The notes under the pieces are model-generated. The model was given only the letters and a program-made list of their open reading frames with translations, had not been told where the DNA came from and did no database searches. A stretch of 64,000 nucleotides of DNA, from assembly GCA_951406725.2 (NCBI GenBank), contig OX597828.1:8122001-8186000 (forward strand), read 5' to 3'. Origin of the DNA: Octopus vulgaris. Taxonomy: Eukaryota. The translations under genes and the position numbers were made by a program. Shown one piece after another: positions 27,831 through 41,024 of the stretch (its first letter is position 1; every line of letters starts with the position of its first letter).

Positions 27831-29939
27831 CAACCAAATGTTTCCGGGTTCAATACCACTACTTTGCACCTAGGGCAAGTATCTCCCACTCTTATCTCGG
27901 ACTAACCCAAACGTTTGGAACACATTAAAACAATAGTAACATTTAAGTGTCCATGTGTCTTACCTGTTTCGATGGTTGATATAATTAATATATAAACAGT
28001 GATGTCGACACGTGAAATTACTAGAACTTATGACCATTTAAAGCTTACTATTAAAGTTACTAGATTCTTGAATTATATTTATTTCAGGCTTGTGGATGAA
28101 ATTTCAAAGAAAAACACTGTAGATATCCATCAAATGGTCTGTCCTGTTTCTTTTCAGGCCAGTCGGTCAGGTGAACATTAGTCGATGGCCCGCATGTACT
28201 AAAACGATGTCCAATCTGTTCAAGAATTCCTGCCAGATCTCAAGATTAAGAATAATTATTTACCTTCATTTAGTCATGAAGCATCTGGAAATGGTTAGAT
28301 TCGGGTTTCTCTTCGCTTCTCACGAACGAAATCATTAAAAAGCTATTATTTTTTAAAGAGAAGAATAAATGATTGCAACTGAGTGTCTACCGTAACCAAG
28401 GCATGACATCGATTATCATGATGCTTAGCTCGTGCATTATCATTATGCAAAGTGTTCGTCACCTTGTCTCTATTGTAGTCTGAAATCATTTCCTTTCATT
28501 GTAAGTGACAATATATTTTATATTGCTGGTATATATTGGCTTGTTCGTGTATGTGTGTGTGCACGCGCGTGTGTGTACGTACGCACACAGACACATACAC
28601 ACACACACACGAGATAGTCATATAGATTTTTACCTTCTTATCTAAAAAAAAAGTATCGGGTTTTGTGGTGACAATTCAATATAATTTAATACACAACAAT
28701 AATTCTTAAACAACTAATTTGGTATTGAGTGTTTCACCGTTCAGACATTAAAACTCACCATTGTCATTTTTTAATTAACGGTGATTATATCAGATAATTA
28801 TCTGTTAGGCAGTCATAGTAGTCGCAGAGAAGTCATCAAACTCTTTGGTTATTTGCAAACGAAACAGATTTTTCACTGTAAACAATTTGTAGGGGTAAAG
28901 TGTTTAAGCAGATAGAGTATTACACTATCAGCTCATTTGTTGAGAGTTTCTAGTGATTGATGTGTTTCGTTGTTTGCTTCTACTTTATGTTCAGAAACGT
29001 GATTAATGCCAATATATGTTGCTGGACTTGAGACAAGTGTATAGTGGGATCATTGAGGTTTTTAGAGTCATAATATAGGATAATGGACATCATTCTGGTT
29101 ATGTCTGGAAGTCTAAACCTATGGTAAACACCGGCTGATCGCGACACCAGCGCCTGTTCTGGCACTGTGAATCTAAATATCACTGGCGATCAGATGAACC
29201 GCTGCTAGGTCTAGCGGTAGAGTGTCCTTCCTTGACAGGACCAAGGAAGGTCGAAACCACATGATTTGGTGGTCTCGGCGCTGGAGGTAACAGGATGTTT
29301 ATCTCCCTGCTAAAGATACAAATAAGAGTATATTTTGCACCGAAAAACCAATATAAGACTTTCTCTTGTGGTAACTACAGCAGGGTTGTTTGTTCTAATA
29401 AAAAATCAACGTCTAAGTGAACATAATTATTACTTCTATAGATAAGCTCTGATTCTCTTTATGGACATTAGATTATATCTCACTAAAGTTATCTATCATT
29501 TTCAAGGATCGTGGTGAAATTTTAAAAGAGAGCGTTCAAAGAAATTATATATTTATACATTATTATATATTGTGTGCATTCTATATTTAGGCAGACTTGC
29601 AGATATATGATGTTAGGGAATGCATGAGAGATAAATAAAAAAAAGAACCTGTAGCGCACGAATTTGGGCAAGTGTCCCTTGTCATGTTTTAAATGAAGTA
29701 CAGTAGGGGTGACGAATAGAAAGGCAATTTCATGGCGTCGTTTTAGATAGGGTGTAATTACACACTTAGAAGACATTAAGAAGCGGCAGCTGTTGTCGTA
29801 ATGAATGAAAGAATGTAATACAAAATGTTATTATTGTTTTTCATCCTCACATCAGTGATGATTGGTTAAATCTATGAAGAGCAGCGGTCTATCTATGATC
29901 GCCTTGTCGTTTTTAACGACAATCTATGTCTAATAACTT

Positions 29940-30128
29940 TTAACCCTTTTGCATTTAGACCGATCATATCTGGCCAAAATATTCTACCAGTTTTATGTTC
30001 AAAATGGCCAGAATATGCTTTTTACACTGAACAATCACATCTATCAAACTCTTGAAGCTATGAGACAGCGCATGATTAATTCAATAAGTGTTACGTCTGA
30101 CAGAATAGTCTGAATGTTCATGTGTTTA
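29940..30128. mobile_element. Degenerate piggyBac-like MITE
   Basis: Starts TTAA CCCTTTTGCATTTAGA; ends with the decayed complement TCTGAATGTTCATGTGTTTA. Confidence 0.4.
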
Positions 30129-31302
30129 TATATTCTTAACGTTCCATGACTATAAATAATTAATTGAGTGGGATTTAGTTGAAATATTTAAGTGATCAAG
30201 CGAGGGGGAGGAAACTTTCGCGTTGACCCTTATGATTTTTTGCAAATTTTGAATGCCTGGCAATCATCGGAATTCACTTTGTAGTGTGGGAACCTCTTGT
30301 ATGGCATTCATAATTATTTGTTGGTGATTAGTAGGTCTTCTGAGCTGAAATATTTTAAATTATTATAGTTAGCGGGACATGAAAGTAGGTAAGTTTTGTA
30401 ATACAAATGCATGGGACAAATCTATAACATACTGGAGTTATAAGTGCCATATCGATATACAAGACCCATAATATTGATGACGAAGATAAAAACTAATATC
30501 GGACAGGATGTTCACTACGATCAAAGATTTTAAACATGTCAAGGAAACCTACTTCGACTTTTCAATGTCAATCGGGAAGCAAAGCGATCCGAGGTGAGAA
30601 GAAATGCGGTTGTTTACAACTGTTCTCATTATATCTGAGATGTTGGACACCTGAGTAGAGGTAAGTCTGTAGCTGTTAAGGTCTTAGGTGTTGTATTTTC
30701 TGGAAATCCAAGACACGTACAGACACGCCAAGCACACACTTATATGAGCTATAGGGAATAAATAGCGATACATTTTGATATATCCTTTTAGTAACTGATA
30801 TAAATGGAAACTTACAAAATATTCTTTATTTTGCTTAATACCAATGCATTGCAGTGAACGAGTGAGAGGGAGTGAGGGAGAGAGAGGGCGAGGAAAAGAT
30901 AGAAAGAGATAGACAGAGAGAGAGAGAGATAGGAAGTGGTATATTGTGTTGTTATTTGCTATGTAGATGTTTAAATGTAGAAGTTTACTAAACCGATCTC
31001 ATTCTGTTTCCAATACAAGCATTGAATTATTCCATCAGCTGAACCACCCGATCATAGAATTAGATTTCATTTACTGTGTATTTTACAAACACCTGTAAAC
31101 TTACGGGAATTTTGAGACAGAATCGGTGTAACAGAGAGTATAACAAACATAGCAAGTATTATGTACAGGATAAATGCTCTGGTTAAAGACAATTGGCCAA
31201 GATGAGAATCAGTCAGATCGAAATCGTATAAATACAAAACGCGCTATTTAGCTATTCGGCCATGTTGCATCATTGAACGCATGATATACACGAGCTTGCG
31301 CG

Positions 31303-31408
<106 letters not shown>

Positions 31409-31624
31409 CGCACTTGTGTGAATGACGTTTGGTTGTACAAACATTTTCTGAGAAAATATGGCTACACATATTAATTCGTTCAGCAAAACATAAATTGTAT
31501 TATGTTTGTGGGAAGATAACGAGTATTATTTCATGATTTTCCCAAATATTTGAGCGATCTTTATTTAGTGATTGAGTGATAGTATGTGGGTGCATACATC
31601 GGTTCCATGTGTACAAATACATGC

Positions 31625-31718
<94 letters not shown>

Positions 31719-33558
31719 GTATATATTTATATACACATGTGTCTATATATTTTGTAGATCCATAGGTCTTCATATTTTGGATAATATCTTAGCAACTACA
31801 TAGTGATTGTATATAAATCAGAAATATGTTTATACAAGAAATATTAAATAAGTATATTTACAAGCAAAATGCACACGCCGACATATACGTGTATACATAC
31901 ACAGAGAAACAAACACAGACATACACACATACAAGCACACGCAGATATGAAAACATGATCATAGATAAACGTTAAATCATCACACTGTTATATTTAGTTA
32001 AATAACATAACACAACATGAGGAAATGGGTATAATAATAAATGTAATAACCACAACAATAATAATATTAATAGTAATAATAATAACAACAATATATTAGT
32101 GTATAAAATATGACATGCATGCATATGTCGAGAGTATATCAGTGTTTATATTAAGTATATAATAAATCAACGAGATATTACTAACAATACTATGTATATA
32201 TATATATATAAACGGTAAGCATATTATGTATATGTAGACACACATACATATATACATGCATATATGCATAGATATACAAACACACACGCATTTATATATA
32301 CACAAACACACACATAAGTATATATATGTATATATGTATCCATTACCGCAAATACAAACTCACAAAAAATTCCAATACTTAAAACTAAAATATACTTTCT
32401 TGCAATTTACGACAATTTGGTGTTGTAATCCTTCTGTTCGCACACATACAATATAATAAATAATAACTAAATAAAACAAATAACAAATAATAAATACTGA
32501 GTACATATAGCTGAATAGCTTTTAGGTTTATTTTACGAAACGTTGTTATCACAGAATTCCAACTCATTTTAATAAACATTATTTCGCAAAGTACGTTCTT
32601 TAGCTGCCGCCTTCCCATTGTAGAAAGTCACATGATATTTACGGAATTTCTTGACTTTCGTTCACATTTAACACAGAGATAGATATCGCTGTTCTCACAT
32701 CCAGAAGTGAAAAGTAAAAAGTACAAGAACACAAAAAAAGACAACAACAACCTAGAGGCTTGTCATTTCTGGCAGAGTATTTTACTGGAATAAAATGATT
32801 CATTGGGCTACTTACTCTTAGAAAGGCGTTTATTAGATCGAGCAGAGAATGCATTTCTATAATTCATCTTCGTTTTGCACCATTTCATCGTAATCTTTTC
32901 TCCCATGTTTCCATTTCCGCCGGAAGCAACGACGGCATTCATTTTCGAAAACCTAATCAATGTTTGAAAATTGCGTTTCAGAAAATGTTAATAATTTACC
33001 AAACCTGCTTGCTAGAAACAAAAGACTGTTTTCTCATTCTCTTTGTGTAAAAGAGCTCTGGCATTTTATCATGAGAATTTAAATTGAGTTTTCTTTCCTC
33101 GTTCTATGACATTTAATCTTCCTCAAGCTTGTTGGACATCTTCCAGTCATGTTTCTTGCTTATCTCTCTTGATGCATGCGATGGATATGTATAGTAAAGT
33201 GTTGTTGCAATATTTCTAAATACACAGTATTACTGACTGAGAAAAAAATAATAAACTGGGTTGTGGGGTGTTGCCAGTAATTCCCGCAAGACGAGTGAGA
33301 TATAGCTACATGCACATTATAGATAACAACCGAATACATAAATAATATTCAGCTATATCATGTGAAAAAGTATGCGTTCGAGGAGGTAGAATACCAATTA
33401 TTACCATATATATATACTCATATGCATAAACGAGACACAGAAACAGAAACACATATGTGTGTGCGTGTGTGCTATATGATTGAATGTGTGTATGTGTGTA
33501 ATTTTAACTGTGTGTTTTACGATAATATATATTCTATTTGATGAATGATAAGTAAAGA

Positions 33559-33596
<38 letters not shown>

Positions 33597-33790
33597 GCTG
33601 GCAAATTCTTTACTGCTTAGCGCTGTTTCGTCCGTGTTTTACGTTCTGAGATCAAATCCCACCGAGGTCGATTTTGTCTTTTATCCTGCCGGGATCGATA
33701 AAATAATTACCAGTTGAACACCGGGGTCGATGTAATCGAATTGTCTCTCCCTCAAAATCACTGGCCTCTTTCTTAAATTTGAAATCAATA
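33597..33790 (+). mobile_element. SINE family C
   Basis: GCTGGCAAA..., TTCTGAGATCAAATCCCACCGAGGTCGATTTTGTCTTTTATCCTGCCGGGATCGATAAAATAATTACCAGTTGAACACCGGGGTCGATGTAATCGA. Confidence 0.75.
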
Positions 33791-35009
33791 TTACTATTAT
33801 CATCATGATTATCATTATCATTATTATTGAAGACGTCACACAGCATCCAAAATTTTTATGTTGTAGATAAAAGATATTGCGTTTACCTGGGATTTGTATT
33901 GTCGGCCTTTACACAAGAAGGACCTCAGGTAGCATTTTACTCAGTATGCATGCAAGTTCAGGTAAAGATGATTTCGTAACACACCAGGTTTATAGTGTAT
34001 TTCTAAAGTGTCCAGATGTTTCTTTTATTTTCATTATTACCAAAATTAGTATTTTTATCATCATCATCATCAATATTTGAACGGATATTTTTGAACTGGC
34101 TCGTTTGATTACTTGTATTTTCCACGACAAAATTTTAAGAATTTCACTTTGCCAAAAGAAAAAAAAAATGTCCGCATGTCTTTTCTTGGGGAGCTAAAAA
34201 CAATGCTTCTCGGTGGAAATGTAAATTGAATCTTTTGTTGTAGCAGTGAAGATTACTATCATCGTTCATATTCTCTAAAACTATTGAGTGAAAGATTGTT
34301 GCTAACTGTGAAAATATTAGTACAGGTTGCATAAGAAAGGCAAACGAAAGGAAAAACTCCACTTACGCAAGCAAATGAAATATCATACACAAACGTAGAT
34401 ATTGACACTTAGGAAAACCGACAAAAAATAAACAATAATCACATTTGTAATGCAGACATTGCTACATAAAATAAAAAGAGAGTCAATAACACAGGCAATA
34501 GAATATGTTTTGGAGGCCCAATATATGCTCTGAGCGTGGAACAGTTCTCTGAAAATCAAACTATGACGGAGATGTTAGGTAGAAAAATTTAGCAAATCTG
34601 TCAAAGTAAATGCTAAGAGAAAAAGAATTTGGTAAACCTCTTTCAAAGAGGGGACTTTCTGTGTTCCTTCAAAATAGTAATTAGAAGAGGATTGACCAAT
34701 ATGCTTGGCGACATAGTTTCAACAGAATGAAATGGAGCAAATGGTAGAGTGTCTAATGCGGAAGTAAGGTATGAAAAGGGATTCCTTGGTCCGCAATACA
34801 CTTACTCAAGGTTGATGCCACAATACATGGCGCAGTTAATCTTTAAATATTATTTTAATTTTTACTAATTTGTTTAAAATGTCCGCCACTTGTTCTCCAT
34901 GCGTTCATCGTTTTCTATACGATTTTGCAAGGTGATTTATTTTAGAGTTTCATATTTTGTATGCTAAACGAAATTGTGTATAATTAATACCAGTGGTTAA
35001 AAACGAGGG

Positions 35010-35301
<292 letters not shown>

Positions 35302-37303
35302 GTGTTCATAAACTGCTTGCCTTGTTCAAACCTCAAGACTAGAGATAAAATTTGCCTTAATCAAATGACAGTGAACTGAATTGAATCTAAAAAAAACACC
35401 TGAGTTCATTCAATGAAATTTATAGACTGATTACGTAGCTACAGACAAAACCTTTCTGTTGGAGGTGTGGTTGATTAGTTTAATAATAACACACCCAACA
35501 AAAGTCTCCTTTGGTTGGTAAATTTACACATGAAAACTAATTTAACAACGCCATATCAAACTAAAATATAACGTTCCCGGAGCCTAAGAAAAAGCACCTA
35601 TACTATTACTGAACACGGTACAGATCACACTACTATATCAAAAATCGAGAGGGCACATTTGATAACGTGGTTCTTAAATAAATTGGTTTTCTTTTAAATA
35701 TAAATATTGGATGATCACGCATTCATGTCTTGCTGAATCGACGTGGCTCTCGACTTAAGAACAACAACCTGGAGCGTCATTACTTTTAGTATAAGTCATT
35801 TTGATGTAAGCCGTTTCAATAGACTCTTAGATATATTCGAGTCAAAGCTTTTCTTTGGGATACTGGACTGCGGGTGCCTATGTTATCCGTTATCTTTTTC
35901 AGGGACATGCAATGGTTCTGGACTTTTCTCGACTGTCTCTGAATAACCTAAACGTATGCAAAAATAATTTAGGACCCTAGAGTAAGGCGACGTTGGCTGT
36001 CGTAAGGCGGTATTCAAAGGAAGCTAATATATTAACTCTTTTAACTTTCTGCTAGAGGTGGGTGATAAACATAAGCTGCTGTATGCTATAACTCTCCTAT
36101 CTTACCGCTCGGTATCTAATGGAATTTGCTTTGGTTCAAATATTTGAGTTAGGCTTCCGTTTGAGGATAACTCCCCGAGATAATTACATGTGGATTTTCA
36201 GTATAGCGAAGTATCCACACTGTATTTTATTTTCTGATTAAATGATAAAATAAATGGCTACGATTACCCGCTAGTTCTTGTCGATCTGAGTCAATAAAAA
36301 GAAACTAGATAAAATTGACGAGTGATAAACGTATGACACATGCAGTACTTATTGAATGCATTACAGAATAAATCGCTGATAATCAAATTTAAGAATGTGT
36401 ACAGAGATATCACAAAATAACCTTCTATATATGCAAATTTATACGTATGAGTGTGTTCGTTACATATGTGTGTGTATGTATGTACATGTAAGTATGTGTG
36501 CATTTATGCACACACGTATTTGTGTGTTATTTGATTTTAATATCGAATTTTGCACTAGCTTCACTACGTTTATCTAATCTCTGATACTGCAAAATCAACT
36601 ATATTTAGTGTAGTATTTATTAAGCATAAAAATATATACACTATGCTTTAAAAATATACACAGCTTTTTATTGGTAATTCATACATACATATGTATTTTA
36701 AAGATTACACACACATCTACGTAATACATACGTATTTATATCATGAGAGGGGAAATATAGATTTGTACCACGATCTAGAAGATCGCCGTGACCAATGCAT
36801 AACGCTATCGTTGATTTCAATGTTTTGCCATAGCATGCTATTTATTTAAATCAGCAAAATAAAATGACTGGTGTTCATGTATTTATGAAGTGTATTATTA
36901 GAGCCACCATAGTATACAAATCTATAATCACAATTATCTATTTAAATAAAAAAAAATGTATGGCCCAGTTGATAAATATTGTCATTCTGGAGTGGTCGGC
37001 ACCCACTGACAGGAATACGTGTATGTGCTTCTAGGCAACGAAATGGCAACGAACAATAACCGAACAAGATAATTTTTGTTATACTTGGGGATGGTCACGC
37101 TTTTTATTTGATATTCACTTTAGTTTTATTATAGTAATTTTTAGCTTATTCGTTTGTCAAAGTTCTTTTGTCTGTGACCTCTTCAACAACTTCCTATCTC
37201 ATGCAAATTCAAATAATGTTAATAAATCTAAAGTGAAGATGAAATAAATAGGGGGTGTGTTTAATTGGCAAAAGATAACCGTCCCCAAATATAATGAAAT
37301 CTG

Positions 37304-37723
37304 GGATCTTTTCGGTTTGAACGACAGTTTTTTCTAGCGGTGTCATATGAAATTGTGACCCATAATTATGACCCTAGTATCGATCTATTGCATTTCAATC
37401 TGTTTTAGAGTTAGTTAGGGTTAGGGGTGGGGGTAAGGGTATATTTTTTTCTTCGCAAATTTAAATAAACCCAATCTGTTTCTTAAACGAGGGACATATT
37501 CATACGGCACAGAATGTTTTCACCTAAATAGACGTCATTGATTGGTTGAAATTGCAGAAATTGAAGAAAAAAACAACAAATATCTTACAAAGTAGAGAAT
37601 TTTCTTAATAAAGCCAAGAGAAAAAGATGTTTTATAAACACATTCTACCAGTATACGAAGTTTAAAAGTGTTTAGTTACGTGGAAATTATTTAAAAAGAC
37701 TGCCGTTCAAACCGAAAAGATCC
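37304..37723. mobile_element. Non-autonomous DNA transposon with 8-bp TSD (Merlin-like MITE)
   Basis: TIRs GGATCTTTTCGGTTTGAACGACAGT / ACTGCCGTTCAAACCGAAAAGATCC; flanks GAAATCTG and GATATCTG; internal TTAGGG-like run; superfamily call is inference. Confidence 0.85.
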
Positions 37724-38547
37724 GATATCTGTTTCAACACACGTTTTCGCATAAAAAAGAAAACTTTACAAAACAAATACACAAACGTAAAATTATATTT
37801 TAAAAGTTGGCATCTTATCCACTTCGGATTAATTTCTCAATTCTTTTAAGGTGCCTAGTGGTCGGTTAAAATATGCATATAGTGTGGTCACATACAATGC
37901 AGATACAAGCAAATGAACACAAGGAACAATCACATATACATATATAAACACGCACACACATACACACACACACACGCACGCACACACACACACACACACA
38001 CGCGCGCGCGCGCAGAGTAACATTTTAGAACTTAGAAACTCCGAAAGAAGTGAAGTGAATTATTGTTTATAGACAAAGCTATAAACAAGGCATGTAAAAT
38101 TTGCGTTTAAACCCTAGTATTCTACACGCGATTATTTAAAGCTGTCTAACTTCTGACAATATAACATATGATACGCCAAGTGATCATTTAATTTAATGTC
38201 TGACTATATATACAGTAGAACAGAAATTCGCAATTTTATAGCTTTAAATAAAATACATTTAGCTTTTTGTTGCTATTCTCCGCTGTCTGATTTCAAACCA
38301 AGCCAACGTCTATTTTATGTTACATATTTGGGAGTTTGATAGAAAGAGCATACACAGGGAAACTTTTTTTCTTTTAATCGACAGCCGGATTAGTGAACAT
38401 CTCAGAAGGTCGGTCGAGATGATATTTAATATTGTACCGGTTCTTTAAGTACATAAAATATCACATGCAACGATTCTGGTTCCAAGCAGTATCGCTTTGC
38501 AAGTCTGTGGCTTTAACTTGGACAAACTAGGGTATAGAAACGGGAGA

Positions 38548-38613
<66 letters not shown>

Positions 38614-38789
38614 TAAGAAAGTTTGTTTGGTAAAGCACGTGGGTGAATATATAAGAAAATAGTAAAGTGTGAAAAAACGACAGAAGGCTTAAATGTTAAA
38701 AAATATATATATTTGTGTCAAAATGTCTGGAGAATATTGGAAAAATTTTTTTTCCCTTTCCTTAAAATGACATAATTTTAAAATTTTTA

Positions 38790-38829
38790 AAGAAATTACC
38801 GGTTTTGCGTGTAGCTTTTCAAATTTCTT
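38790..38829 (-). ncRNA. Hammerhead ribozyme copy with mutated G12 (GAAA to AAAA)
   Basis: Minus strand AAGAAAT-TTGAAAA-GCTACACGC-AAAA-CCGG-TA-ATTTCTT. Confidence 0.6.
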
Positions 38830-38964
38830 GTGACGTTATGTTTATATTGCATGGAATTATCGTTGTTTTTATTTCCAGGAGATTTCTAAATAAGGGGAGG
38901 TAGTGAGTGATTTTTTCCGGTGTAGGGGAGATAATCGCTTAAAAATTTTTTTCCCTTTTCCTTG

Positions 38965-40194
38965 TTAATTTCTCTGTGTCAGTATGTTCGGATGGTTGAG
39001 TCTGGGTTTGTACTTTTCAATGAAGAATGTTTCCTTGTTCAGTCTCATTTGTGTTGATGATCCGAAAGCACATTGGTAAAATGGGAAGATTAAAAATTGT
39101 GGCAGTAGTTGCTTTGCGCATTTCTCAATGTGCTCACTAAAAGGTATCATTCTATATTCTGGGAATGCAATCTGTTGTCGATGCAGTGTGCATCTGCGCC
39201 TGAGTGATAGTCCCGTGGAACCCACGTAGTCTTGGTGGCAGCCCGAGCATTTAATAACATAAATTATGTTTTCAGAGGCACAAGTAAAGTTAGATTTGAT
39301 CTTAAATTTCTGTCCCTCTTTAAAGAAGAATTCTGATCCTTCCAATAGGTTAGGACATGTTGCACAGTTCGATCTACCACATTTTTTTACTTTTGCATCC
39401 GTAATTTTAGAAGACAATTTTGCCTTTGTGAGAATCTTTTTAAGTGATTTAGGCTGTTTGTAGCTTTTAATGATTTGGTGTATGTTTAGAATTTCCTTTA
39501 ATTTTGGGTTTTTATGAAGTATTGGTAAATTCTGGGTGATGATGGTGAAGGCTTCTTTGTTTCTGGGGTTGTATGTAGATATGTAAGGTAGTATTTTCGG
39601 GGAAGGTGTGTTGTTGTGTTGAACTTTTCTTAAAGTTTCTATGTTGATTTCTGTTGCACGTCTGATCCCATCCTCTATGAGTTGAGCTGGGTAATGTCTG
39701 TCAATTAGGGTGTTTTTGAGTTCTTGCAGTCTAAAGTTCCTGGTATTTTGTTCTGACACTATTGTGCATATCCTTCTTGCAAGGTTGAAGGGGATGTTTG
39801 TTTTAGTGTGTCTTGGGTGGCATGAATTAAAAAGAAGGTATTGTTTGGCGTCTGTGGCTTTGTAAAAAATGTCTGTTTCTATTTTAAGGTTAATTTTTTT
39901 AATTAGTATATCCAAGAACGGGAGCTCCTTTTGGTTGTATTCCATTGTGAACTGTATATTTGGGTTTATGCTGTTCAATAGGTTTTTAAATTTTAGGAGT
40001 TTATCTATGTTTTCATTCCAGAGAATGAAACAATCGTCTAGGAATCGTTTCCAATTCTCTTTTATGTATTGAGAGAGGGAGTTTCCAAAGATTGATAGAG
40101 ATTCCTGGTAAATGATTATTTCCATGTATCCCATTGTTAAGTTCGCAATGACTGGTGTCATGACTGGTGTCACTGCATCGACAACAGATTGCAT
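38965..40194 (-). CDS. Penelope-like RT (C-terminal half) plus Cys-rich linker plus GIY-YIG endonuclease, 5'-truncated
   Basis: ANLTMGYME, WKRFLDDCFILW, IQFTME..ELPFLDI, YKATD..QYL.FNSCHP, CGRSNCATC, NFTCASENIIYVIKCSGCHQDYVGST...RRR..H; no internal stops; the first ~12 aa come from the inversion junction. Confidence 0.93.
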   Translation of the reverse strand: MQSVVDAVTPVMTPVIANLTMGYMEIIIYQESLSIFGNSLSQYIKENWKRFLDDCFILWNENIDKLLKFKNLLNSINPNIQFTMEYNQKELPFLDILIKKINLKIETDIFYKATDAKQYLLFNSCHPRHTKTNIPFNLARRICTIVSEQNTRNFRLQELKNTLIDRHYPAQLIEDGIRRATEINIETLRKVQHNNTPSPKILPYISTYNPRNKEAFTIITQNLPILHKNPKLKEILNIHQIIKSYKQPKSLKKILTKAKLSSKITDAKVKKCGRSNCATCPNLLEGSEFFFKEGQKFKIKSNFTCASENIIYVIKCSGCHQDYVGSTGLSLRRRCTLHRQQIAFPEYRMIPFSEHIEKCAKQLLPQFLIFPFYQCAFGSSTQMRLNKETFFIEKYKPRLNHPNILTQRN

Positions 40195-40530
40195 TCCCAG
40201 AATATAGAATGATACCTTTTAGTGAGCACATTGAGAAATGCGCAAAGCAACTACTGCCACAATTTTTAATCTTCCCATTTTACCAATGTGCTTTCGGATC
40301 ATCAACACAAATGAGACTGAACAAGGAAACATTCTTCATTGAAAAGTACAAACCCAGACTCAACCATCCGAACATACTGACACAGAGAAATTAACAAGGA
40401 AAAGGGAAAAAAATTTTTTAAGCGATTATCTCCCCTACACCGGAAAAAATCACTCACTACCTCCCCTTATTTAGAAATCTCCTGGAAATAAAAACAACGA
40501 TAATTCCATGCAATATAAACATAACGTCAC

Positions 40531-40570
40531 AAGAAATTTGAAAAGCTACACGCGAAACCGGTAATTTCTT
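40531..40570 (+). ncRNA. Minimal type I hammerhead ribozyme, U3-A8 core variant
   Basis: AAGAAAT-TTGAAAA-GCtacacGC-GAAA-CCGG-TA-ATTTCTT; 7-bp stem I, palindromic ACCGGT stem III, GUA triplet; lies in the PLE 3' region where such ribozymes are expected. Confidence 0.7.
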
Positions 40571-40704
40571 TAAAAATTTTTAAATTATGTCATTTTAAGG
40601 AAAGGGAAAAAATATTTTTCCAATATTCTCCAGACATTTTGACACAAATATATATATTTTTTAACATTTAAGCCTTCTGTCGTTTTTTCACACTTTACTA
40701 TTTT

Positions 40705-40754
<50 letters not shown>

Positions 40755-41024
40755 CATATATATATGTACAAGGTTTGGATGTGAGGTACAGGTATTATAT
40801 ATATATAATAAGGTACTCAGAAATCTGGATGGTTTTATATTTGCAAATTTTTATTAATATGTCACATGCTTTTATAAATCACATATTAGCGCTTGCATCT
40901 ACTCTAGTAGAATCTCCAGAGATTTATATATATATATATATATTGATATTATGTATTAATAGTAATGGTAAGACAACAAAGGAATGAATGAGACCTCGAT
41001 ATTATGTAAATAGAGGAATTTATC

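Larger units (their letters stand above)
38611..40713 (-). mobile_element. Penelope-like retroelement (Neptune-like), 5'-truncated with inverted 3' segment, inserted in (TA)n
   Basis: RT/GIY-YIG ORF on the minus strand; 40171-40713 is the inverted near-identical copy of 38647-39188; (TA)n on both sides. Confidence 0.95.

Noticed and set aside
29186-29280. Hammerhead reading of CAGATGA...GAAACCAC...GTGGTC
   Set aside because: The core has A at position 4, and stems I and II do not close properly; kept only as an unassigned structured island
40167-40394. Separate 75-aa ORF
   Set aside because: It is just the inverted duplicate of the PLE C-terminus
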